From Balanoglossus misakiensis (taxonomy: Eukaryota; Animalia; Hemichordata), in the NCBI GenBank assembly GCA_040954595.2, contig CM082577.2, positions 6,907,846 through 6,971,845 of the forward strand: DNA of 64,000 nt, given 5' to 3'. Position 1 is the stretch's first letter, and each line of letters opens with the position of its first letter. The position numbers were made by a program, and so were the translations under genes. Positions 1 to 11,233 of the stretch are shown piece after piece. Below the pieces are notes generated by a model that worked only from the letters and a program-made list of their open reading frames with translations, was not told the origin of the DNA and did not search any database.

Positions 1-3000
1 GAGTATTCTATAATAAACACAGTTCTATTCACGTCCAGAATACTTTCCTTTATACTTAAAGATGATTTAAGCACATGACAAAATGCAATGATCTCACCAT
101 TCAATACTGGATCGGTCGTATTGAATGAATTGCTGAAATACCGGTAGTTACAGATTCAAACATCACAGTCACATCCCCAGGGTATTCTCCAGACGTGTCC
201 AATCTCTGTTCACGCGACGTCAATTAATGCAGAGGCACGTGGCTCTGATAACAAATTTTTATTGCGGTTTGCTTACAGCCATGTCTGTACATGCACCTAA
301 CACTTGTACTATACACACAGGTATTGTCATTAACACCATCTTTATTTCTTCTGAAGACTGCGACAATTAAGGCAGTAAGGGTGGCAGTTTTTTCCCCATG
401 TGACGTTCTGAGTCGGGATGATGGATTTGAAATTTATACCAGTGTGCATTTTTATTTATACCAATTTCCAGTCCACTATGAAGGATGAAATTGATGTAAA
501 TGTTATCTTACTACTGTAATTAATTTCAGAAGTGGTTTCATGATTAATACCTCAGAAGCAGCAATATGTAAGTGTAATTTCGGCGAAATAGACAAAGAGA
601 TGCTATCTGCAGTGATATAAACTACAAAGGAGACGATGGCAATATTGGAATTCTAACATAATGAAGACAGCAAATTACTGCAGCATTATTTTTCCAAGTT
701 TGATGAGCTCAAATAAATTTTGATTGCAATGGCTTCTTTATATAGAGTTCACTTCACATTACAAGCCAGCTTTGTGCGCTGATTGATATCTCAGTAGCTG
801 CTGAACCTCCACGGTTTGTGATTGAAATCAGAATTACAGTCCGAGCCCGTCAAACGGCGACGTGTATGTCTTTCAGTTCTGTAATTATTCATGGAGAGAT
901 ATTGTCTGGCTGCGAGGGCACTGTCTGTTGCCCCGACGATTCTGAGACAGAAGTAGACAAATGCAGTTTGGTTTGCTCATCACAGATTTCTGAAAGCTTG
1001 AACAAGTATCCAAGAAAAGATAACTTAGTTTGTTGTCTATTACCCTACGCTTCAACAATTGCTTCAACAGGAACATGCTTTATAATTTATAATTTAGAAA
1101 TAGAATTTGTACAGTGCATGTAGTTGATTTAACTCCGAGCCAAATATGTAATCCTCATCCTCATCCCAGGTATTAAAAATTACGTCTAAAAATTTGTGAA
1201 AATCTTAGTTAGCTGTTTTCATTTTCTAGATTTTGAAAGGAAATGAGATTTGCCTGAAGGCGTTTGTGATATTAGATATACCGAGTTGATTGGATTAGAG
1301 TCAGATTTCAAAGGCTGATAACAAATTGATAAGAATCACTGCAGTCCTTGATAAGAAGGTGAGAAAATGAGAGAAAAAAAAATCCAGATGGCACCCAGTC
1401 AGATATATTGGATCATAGATTCTCTCTTCTGCCAATTCTCAGTTTTTGTAACGAGTTCTAGCCCCTTTGGAGTTGAGAGAGCAAGGGCCAATTCCCATGG
1501 GTGCACACGCTGAAATCTGTCTTGAAGGGAACAATCACTCGCAAACTTTGTTTGCCATTTCCGCTGTTATTATATTTTTGTGTTGAAAAAAAACTCACGT
1601 GATCGCAGTTTCTCCAAGAAGCCATTTGTCATCCTGCTCTGAAAGGAATATTTTCTTTTGTTCAAGCCAGTTTAGCTTTTATGAATTCTAAATATTTATA
1701 GATTTAGTTATTATATCTGAAGAAAGAGAGTGAAATTTTCTAGTACTTAAATCTTGTTTCGCTCTGACTGGAGGTAGCCTGGAGGCTCGTGTTGGCCACA
1801 GTGGAGTCCAATTCTGTGTTTGCCTGAGAGTAGACTACTGCAGCAGAGGGAACGTACTATATTCTTGCATTATAGATCACAACAATAAATGTTGAAGCCT
1901 GTAAGGAAGTTAGTAATTAAGTCGCATCCTCACTGCGCTGGCACAATAGATGGATTTATCTGACAACAATGAAGGTGGTGCTACGTGTTTCCTGTGTGAG
2001 TTTTGCCTCTTTCTCATCAGAGCAACGTTGGATTAACCTCCACAAAACACACATCTCCATCACACTGGGAGTCTGAACTGTACTTTCATGTGATGAGTTT
2101 ACTCGAAACTGTACATTAGATTTAATTTAGTAATAAAAAAAATCTAACTTTCGATATTGTATCCAAAATACTTGACGTTTGAGAGCATGTTGCAATATCG
2201 TATTTTATCGCCTTTTGAGGTCAAAAATCTGAGAACACTGCAGCATTGCATTCTCTGATCAGCTCCCAGGAGAAGTGCGTTGTTTCTTCTCAAGCAGTAA
2301 CCTTGTTTGTAATGCAAAGTCTCACAGCAGAGCTGTATTGGCCGCTAGGTCGCTTGTTTTACATAAGAACTACTGTAGTATATCGCTCTGACTGACCAGA
2401 ATGACAATTAACATTGTAAGTATAATTGATCAGAGTCAAATTGCGTGATAATCAATTTCATGCTGTATGAATATATCTTGACACTTTCTTTTGGCGATAA
2501 TTGACATGCCTCATGCGTTCGACAGGCACGTTTATTACCTGTCTCGATGTCGTGACGGAAATCTTACACACATCCGCTATACTCTAACACCTTTAGGGGT
2601 TGAAGTGTCACACCATCAGACGTGACATGCACACACACCAAATAAATGCCCCCTTCAATAATTTGAAGTGTTTATACACTGACTTCTGTAACATTCTGTT
2701 ATGCAATATGTTCATCTTTAATATTACCGTAACTGTGTGGTAAATAATGGATTGCTTAAATAACATAAGTCATAATAACTCGTTTTCTCGTTTTCATGTA
2801 CTTTGACTTCATTGTGAGGAGCTCTCAGCCTACACTCCCGAAATATTACATGTACCATTAAATGACAGAAAAGATTATGCCATGCTAATAGGGTATGCAT
2901 AAAATATAGCTACATTGTATATGGATTCATAGGCTTTGAGTGCGACACAATGGATATGCTATGCATCCTGTAATATGTTTTTTGAGCCAATGTGTTTCAC

Positions 3001-4029
3001 AGAGGAAAAAGGGCCATTGTAGCTAATTGACAGAAAAAAGCAATTCTCAATAGACATTGTGAAATATTGAAGTAAGATTATGAGAATGTACAGTGGAGTT
3101 GCCTCGTATTGATGCAGTTTATTGACTAAATTGTACAAGAAGTAGGTCACATGAATGTTGTGATAGTGATTTCAGGGTAGTATGAAGTATGTTTATACAG
3201 GGTAGCTGGTTAATATTTCGACCTGTTTGGGCAAATGTCTGGTGATTTGGCCGACACGTTTAACTACAACTTTTTCATGATCTTACTTTTAAGCTAAAAT
3301 TATTTTATCAAGAAATATTACAGGTACCTTCCCTTTAAAGCTGCAAAGCGAGAATATTATTGCATGACTGATGAGGATAAGAACTGGCTGTCAAATTTGT
3401 CAACTCATAATGGTAATATTCTCTGTTCCATTTAATAAATGGGACAGAGATCAATACAGGTCTTACGGTCATTCCTGGGTGCTTAAGACAGAGATTTTTA
3501 TAGAATGTGTATGGTTATGAAATTCAACCATTTAAACCAGACAGACGACATGACAGCGAGGTGATAGTGATAGACTATAAGGGTATTGACCATGAATTGT
3601 CATGATGGAGATTAACAGCTCTACGAGAGATTAAGGATTCCATGAGAGTATTAAACTTCCATTATGGAATATAGCATTGTCTGATTGGCTCGGTACAGTC
3701 CTGTCAAAGCCCGTCTTCAGCGTCTCTTCACAACAGTTCTGTCATCCGCATTAATGAATGCTTGATGTCGGCTTAAATATGATTGTCGACCAAACTGGCA
3801 TTAAGTCAGATGAAATCAATTGGCGTTTTTTATTCACTTAAGCCTGTAATTACAAAGCCGATCAGACTTTGGAAGAAAAATCCTGATTGCGGTCACTGGG
3901 CTGTAAATCTTCAGCTGTCATTCCAGGGTTTGTTTTGTCAGGCGTATACCGTGGAAGATAATTGATTTTAAACCCCGGATTCTACCATATGAAGGGAATT
4001 AATTCAGCCATATTGTGTATTTATTCCAG

Positions 4030-7022
4030 AGCTGTGAACAATGGCCTCCTGGACACCTATCAGCTGAAATCCTTGGATGGCATCATGGAGGCACCCGTGG
4101 AGGAGGTCAAGCTGGTCAAGACGAAAGACGGCAAGATAATGGTGGACATCTTCGAAATTTATGGTGATAACAATGCCACAGATATGGAGTCAGAGCCCAT
4201 TGATAACTTTGCTGCCAGGGAGCCGTACGATGTAGTCATCAGATGTCTTGGTTTCAAATTCGACTTCAGTATATTTGATGAGTGAGTGTAATTTACTTCC
4301 TTAATTATCACAGCCATTGCATCGCACGCTGAATTATTTGCAATGTCTTGACTACTTACTTGGCCTTTAAGAATTGCCCCTCGGCATAGTTTTCGGGGCT
4401 TTAAAAATGCCATTAGGAGACTATTACTAGGGAGTCATTGTTGGGTTCGTACGTGTACTTCGTCACTGTAATATGTTATGTGACCTTCAAAAACATAGAT
4501 TTGTGAATTTTGTTTGAAACTCTTAGTGTGGATAAAATACTGTCCAGAATTATAGTGTTCTGTCTCAGTTGTGAGAATGTAACTGATTATTTTGAAATAA
4601 ACTTTCAGGGACGTGAAGCCTATCCCAGTGCACCGCAGAAAGAGTGACGGAAAATATCCACAGATCAAACACAACTATGAAGCCATGGGAATCCCGGGTC
4701 TCTTCTTTGCCGGCACAAACACACATTCTCTGGACCACAAGAAATCGGCTGGCGGATTCATCCATGGTTTCAGATACACAGGTGCGACATGAAATTCATT
4801 TAATTTCTTTTGGTAGTAAGTTTTGCTAGGAGAGTAATTGGTATAGTTTTCAATACTGACAGTGCATGCTTTTCATGTGATGCTGGTGATTACCTGATGG
4901 TGGTGAGAGGTTTCCTTTCTCGTACCGAAAGAAAAGATGCGATGTGATTATTGGTGGCGCTGTTGTCATTCTGCCTGCCTTACTTCTGCGTACTCCATTA
5001 AGCTTTATCTGCAAATTTAATATATCTTGCAAGATGTGGAGACTCTTACTACATAAATTATCCTCAATCTTAGAGCCCAGTAACTGTAACTTTTGCCTAT
5101 TTTTTCAGTAGTTTTCTCCCATATATCAACTCCAGTTTCTTGTTCTTCTCTGGATAGCTTTATGACATGTTCAGTCCTTTTTTGAATTACAGCCAGGGTT
5201 TTACACAGACTCTTGGAATACCGCAATCACAAAGTGGCCTGGCCATCGGTGACTGCCACACTCAGTCATCTTCTGGACCATATCATAAAGAGAATCAACG
5301 AGGCATCCGGCATTTATCAGATGTTTAGTGTCCTTGGCGATGTCATTGTCATCAATGAGTAAGATCTGTCATATTTTTAAGACGCATTCCCTGCCAGATA
5401 TATGTATTGATGCTTGTTGCCTGTGTATGTATGTTGAATGCAAACTCCTGAAACATTTCACAAGGACTTCCACTTGTAATTCTGGCACAAGATGCCGGCA
5501 ATTTTTTTGTATTAAAATTTGATTATCTCAAACTTGTCATTCCTTTCTCCATGCAAAAAAAAGTTCAAAAAGGCTGAAGAAGATTAAATTTTGTTTAAAT
5601 AGCAATTATTTTTACCCAACACACTTCATCATTCCCGCATCCTTTTTGTTTTTGTTCCCCAGGGATAAAACATACACATATCTGGAAGAGTTCCCGGTGA
5701 AACTTCTGAACACATTGCCTGAAGTGACAGGGATACCAGCCAAGGAAGTCATTGTCATTCTGTTGGAATATGGAAAGAACTTTTCAGGTAGGGCTAATCC
5801 CAGTCTTCTACAACACCACATTATTTTTCCAGTTCCAGTGCAATTCTAACAAAGGTGTTTATAGTTACAACCAAGACACACATAGAGAGAAATTTCATTA
5901 TTTTCATGTCAGAAATTACACACGATGACTTAATATATTTCAAGGAATGATTTATTTTTATTTTTTTGCATTGGTGCATATACAGGTCCTGGCAAAGACA
6001 TATTCAGGGGTGACAGAGCTATTGGCGAGCCAGTGGAAGCACATAAATCTAATTTCTTACATCCTGTATTTTACTATTATGACAAACTACCAACTCGTGA
6101 GTATCAGGACACACTCAGTCAATTAATTGCTATTAATATTACTTTGCATTTCATTGGATAAAGTTTATTTTTTTGGGGGGGGGGGGGTGTTAAAGAATGG
6201 GAATATCCAACAAGATAATCTTTCAGTGTGTGGGTTATATGATCATTTGTGTGCAACCCAGTGGTTTATATTGTTGGCCATACAATACATTTATCGAAAT
6301 TTGTAGTTTCGAATACATTTTTTTGAATATTAAAATATTAAAACTGCATCTGATTAATCATATGTGAGTTCCGAAGACTGAACTATGAACAAAGCAGATG
6401 TGAATATACTTGAGGGGAAAGTAAATAGTTTAGAGCAGCGAAACTTTTAAAATCAATGGCCAATTATGGAAAAGTTTAAAAACTGGTCTTATTGATGTTT
6501 TTTCGTCCTACAGAGAATGAAATGAGAAACCTTGGCAAAAGATTTGACATTCTACCTCGTCCCGCACGGATGCATCACATAGTGGAAGATTTTCTGACAT
6601 TGTGGACAGCGCCAAACAGGTAGACTTTCGTTTTTTCCCCTCTGTGTGGTATTGTATGTCAATGCAGTCACTTAACTATCAGCAAAACAGTAATTATGAG
6701 ATCACATATTTTAATATAGCAAAAAATTTTGAAGATTTGGAAGACTATCATTTTTCGTAAAATAATCTCTCATTGAGGCGCATACTACCTTAATTCTAAG
6801 TGTCTTATCTTCCTTTCCAGCCACATCTTGCCGCTGCGTCGGTTCCTTGAGAATGTGACCAAGCAGGACTTGCGCCACTTCTACGAAGAAGAGTGCTTCG
6901 TCATCTCCATGACCAGCAAGGAGAAGCCGCTGAACTGCCAAGTGGAAAGTCTGAAAATGGGAATCTCCGGAACCAGGATGGCTAAACTCCATCACGAAAA
7001 CAGAGGCATACTGGACTTCTGA
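4030..7022 (+). CDS. FOXRED2: FAD-dependent oxidoreductase domain-containing protein 2 (FOXRED2/ERFAD), 3' part; 7 exons: 4030-4281, 4609-4781, 5193-5358, 5663-5787, 5986-6096, 6514-6619, 6821-7022 (TGA). Upstream exons lie outside the window
   Basis: Spliced translation gives [110 protein letters not shown], matching human FOXRED2 as I recall it; all introns GT-AG with compatible phases. Confidence 0.95.
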
Positions 7023-8258
7023 TGTGGCTAGACTCTTGCACCCCCTGTCTTTCCAACACTAAAAATGTCACCCTACTTCGTAGTGCATTATCAAAGGGAT
7101 GGATCAGAGTATTTTTTGCTTTTGAGGGAATGATTGAAGACACCAAATTCCATTTACAGATAGGCTTTTTAAAATTGTAGTGCAAAACAGCATGCCTGCA
7201 GGGCCATCGGTATAGACAGAGGTTGATGAAATTTCTTGGATTTGATAGTCCTAATCCTGCACATGAATGAACTGTAGATGTGATGTAAATTGTAACTTTA
7301 ATTACCCATGACTTTCCCATCACAAGATAGTATAAAATCAACTCAGAAATCAACATACAGCTTTTATTCCTAACATATCAAATCCCGCTGTACATTATGT
7401 CCAAATTTCTACAAAATATATCTTCCTCAATTTGTATACTTCTTTTCTCATTTGTTTTGAAAGTAGCACTTTCACCTGGAGATATTTAATGGAAACTATT
7501 ACACAGAAAATTTACAAAGGATTTATTTTGTTAACTTCAACTATGTATTTTGTATAATGTAATGTAAATTTTAACTATCTCAAACAGTAATATGTAATCC
7601 ATTGTGTTTTTAGTAAGCGCGATCATATATACTGTATGGGCTGATGAAGGAACTGAGGATTTTTTTTTCTCATTGTGAAATGATAACTCATTGTATTTCA
7701 TAGTAGACAGCCTCTCGTGGTTAATAATTATGTATGTTGCAATTTTCATCTCTCTTGCAGGTGTAAGAATGATGATGCATGCTTTTGTGCATCCAATCAC
7801 AGTCACTCCACACAATCAGAGATGTGTATTTCAGTGGTGCCATGTAGATTTCTGTTATCGTCAAGATGGTGCGACAAAAGATTACGTCAGACAGAAATCA
7901 ACACCTCAAATTCCGAATCATGCACTTCTATTTTGAGATTGTTGTTGAAATACAGCATAACACATACCGTACAGTGGGAGTGGGAGAGATTGTTGATGAA
8001 AGATTAGAATAAGAAATTAGAAATTGCCATTTTAGCCATTATCAATGCAGAACCATGCCGTTTGGCAACTCTTGCCAAGGGAACATTACTTAAGTCAACT
8101 CATATTTTTGTTAATATCTTGCCAAGTGCCTGTACATGGCCTAGTTTAGTGTAGGTTGTAACTTTTTTAAGGAAAGAAAGGGGAAAAATCTGTGAACATC
8201 CATATCAAATGTGTCAACATATTAAATTAGAAATCTAACCATTTGTAGGAATGTGTTT

Positions 8259-8264
8259 AATAAA
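8259..8264 (+). terminator. Candidate polyadenylation signal (AATAAA) for FOXRED2
   Basis: AATAAA ~1.2 kb after the stop, followed by T/GT-rich sequence; other sites are possible. Confidence 0.4.
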
Positions 8265-8722
8265 ATGTGATTCCGTAACTATAATTGCAAACTTTATATT
8301 TTGCTTGTTTTTTAATGTTCCAAACATAAATAGGGCATATTAAAACCGTGAAGTGCCTTTTTATATGCCTCGGTTGGGATATTTTGTTTATGAATTTCAG
8401 GTTTGATGTTTAACTAGTCTAAGTAAAGTGTGTACTGTTTTTTTTTTAAGTTGAAATAATCTGTATCTGTGCAATGTCTATTAAACCAGAACATGTATAA
8501 CTGGAAACAATCTTTTGGCATTGGGTACTCTGTGGTTAACATCCTGACTGTGTAAGCTCGTGAATGTGTGCAAGGTAATGTGACTCAACACCAAAGAGAG
8601 AGAATTGTATAATACTGCCATACGGAATCCTTACACCCATGTCTACAAACACTCTCACATCACAAAAGTTACACATCACAAATAACACATAGAAACAGAT
8701 ATTCAATTTTTGTACAAATCAT

Positions 8723-8728
8723 TTTATT
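8723..8728 (-). terminator. Polyadenylation signal (AATAAA on -) for the secreted-protein gene
   Basis: TTTATT on +, followed on the minus strand by a clear GT-rich downstream element (8640-8700). Confidence 0.6.
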
Positions 8729-9225
8729 TCTAAAAATGTAAATAAGACCAGAGTTGGTTGTGCTTTATCCATCACCCACTATGGAAATTCGGTGGCAGAT
8801 GCGTGGCTCTCTAAAGCCTTTGTGTTAATGATATCAGAAATGTGTTAAAAACTGCTTTATAAAATTGCGATTAAATTAATAATTTCTACACTACTGATTG
8901 TATGTACAATTTCTTGAATTCACTGAATTTGTTTCAGTGGACAAAATGTAAAAGAAAATAACATTAGATCACTGGCTGTAGGCACGGTCACTCCACACAG
9001 ACCGTGCTGTAGGGGATAGGATTGTCTTCAACAAGTCAGACTTGTTAAGTCGCTCACAGAATATGAGCCCCATGTTACAATGCTTTAAACTTATGAGAGA
9101 GGGATTAAGAAAATGTGTTTAAACCCTGCTTGTCTCTGTATTTAGGTCATACATGTAATAATGTATGCGCTACTCTAACTCACTCACTCACTCACTCACT
9201 CACAGGTCTACTGCTCAACCTCCCA

Positions 9226-10286
9226 TTAGGGAAGAGTTATTGTATAACTAGGCCTGAGGGCGACATAGTCCCAGGAGCAATTATTCCACAGATGCTGGTC
9301 CAGGTAAAATCCGTATCTCCTGCAGTTATTATCCAATCCGCATTCATCTTGGCAAGTGATCTCCCACCATTGGTTGAATCTCTTGACATCGTCAACGGTA
9401 CAAATACTGTAGCCGTGCCGCGTCCAATAACCATCCTCCTTGGTGTCTTTTGCTTCTCCTGTAACAGACAAACATAGCAGATGTTTTTTTTAAAGTTCGC
9501 CTCTAGGGGGCACTCTTCGAGGAAGTTGAAAGGCATATCTCATGAGCTACGATATTTCATACTTTTATGTAACAATCACTGTCACATGTGTAAAGTACCC
9601 AATAATATCAAGTACGAAATAACAGGAATACTTGGGGCTAATTTTGTTTTATACCCAGCCGATCCCCCCCCCCCCCCACCAAACATTAAAATGATAGAAA
9701 ACTTACTGATATAGCAACTTGAAAGATCTTCATCGTTGTAATCATAGACAACGTCCAGGTACTTGACCCATTGATGGCTCACTTCGATGTCTGAACCGTT
9801 GAAATAAAAGCCTCCCCAGTAATCGAAGAATAAATCTAAACACGTGGATGAGTTTGCATTGATGACAACACACTGGTCATGTTCAAAAGCATTCCCTGCA
9901 AGAAAGAGTTGCAAAAATGTTACTGTATGTGTATACGTACATGTATGTATTATCGTTATGTGTACTTCTGCCACCACACACAGCACACTGTGTCACACAA
10001 CTACAGTAGTTTGAGGCCCTGACAACTCAACAATTTAAATGTCTGAGTCTTTAATAGGTCAGGATTTACTAAAGCAATGTGTTGTTTACATGAATATTAC
10101 AGTGAGCCTGGTCTATGGACTGGAATGGTGTTTTGATTGTAGGTTTCCTCGCAGGACATCAGCTATGAAACTCATTATATAAGTATATTTCTCGCTGAAA
10201 CTCAGACTTGCTGAAACCCAGACTGTCCACTTACCAGTGTAACTGTAGAGTAGACCACAAACAAGCAATGATAAGAATATCGACAT
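9226..10286 (-). CDS. Uncharacterised secreted Cys/Trp/Tyr-rich protein, 157 aa; coding exons 10286-10235, 9895-9707, 9458-9226
   Basis: Canonical splice sites (CTG|gtaagt, ttgcag|GG, TCA|gtaagt, ttacag|GA), phase 1-1 joins, 474 nt open frame: MSIFLSLLVCGLLYSYTGNA-FEHDQCVVINANSSTCLDLFFDYWGG...WDYVALRPSYTITLP*. Hydrophobic signal peptide, 8 Cys in the mature part, polyA signal downstream. Confidence 0.8.
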
Positions 10287-10501
10287 GATTTGTAACTCTG
10301 TGGTTAAAATCTGGTACGCAGTCTGCCACATAAAATCACTGGTCTTCCATTCTTGCTTTTTGTATGCAAATTAATCACTCTGTCCTCGCAAGACGTCACC
10401 ACCTGTTTGATTTCACGATGGTAACAGCACACAGCGCCCTCTGTATGTATATTTCTTTTCTGGCGATGTTCATTTGTCTTATCTCCCACAATGCAACTTA
10501 C

Positions 10502-10637
10502 ATAAGTGAAAAGTGGCGCTTCGTTCGAACATCCTGTCGCCGGGCTGGGGTTTGTTTACATTTTATTCCGCCTCCACAATTTGCCATTAATTGCATCCAC
10601 AATCCATGTCTGCCTCTTGTTGGTGGCCAATAGGGTG
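10502..10637. promoter_or_regulatory. Putative compact bidirectional promoter with non-coding first exons of the secreted-protein gene (-) and PALB2 (+)
   Basis: Outward-facing GTAAGT donors at 10501 (-) and 10638 (+); locally CpG-rich; each gene's ATG exon is preceded by an acceptor (10298 on -, ~11209-11224 on +). Confidence 0.55.
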
Positions 10638-11233
10638 GTAAGTACTATGAAAGTATACAGAAGTAACTATTAAGTTCACAAGCCATCCAAACGGTCCACG
10701 GAGTGCAGGCTGTGATCAACAAACTAGGGGCTTGAAACTGTTTGACTTTTTCAAGACCGAGTCGTGCAGATGACAAGATGTTTGCGGTCTGCGATCTCCC
10801 TGTAAAATTTTGTTTTTGGTGTGTCGCGGGATATCGTGTAAATGATAAGTTCACATAAATTTGTAAAATCACAAAATTCGGGCATCACACCTTCAGTAGT
10901 ATGCAGTGCGACCGTAAAGATTATGTACTTGTACATTTCAATGCCTGAGCTGTCCTACGTACAACGGTACATGTAGTTTGCATAACAATACAGGTAATTG
11001 TTGTGTTAATGATTTGTATTGTTTTAAAGAGTGGCGGAATACAGTGTATGACATGTAAAACGTAGATCCCTCAGACTGTACAGTCATTCCTCTCTCTCTC
11101 ATTAGACAATATGAGAAATCCGTTGCCACAGCAACACTGCAGGTAACTGCACAACACCAGTGTGGGGGACACACACCAGCTGAGCTAAAATCCTCATCCC
11201 ATTTCTAGACGCCTATATTTACAGCACTGTGTT

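Noticed and set aside
818-1123. 101-aa Cys-rich ORF in the FOXRED2 intron
   Set aside because: GTG start, no recognisable domain and no convincing splice partners
3366-3401. Hammerhead-ribozyme-like CTGATGAG core (also at ~16558)
   Set aside because: No intact GAAA after a proper stem II and no closing stems; at most a decayed remnant
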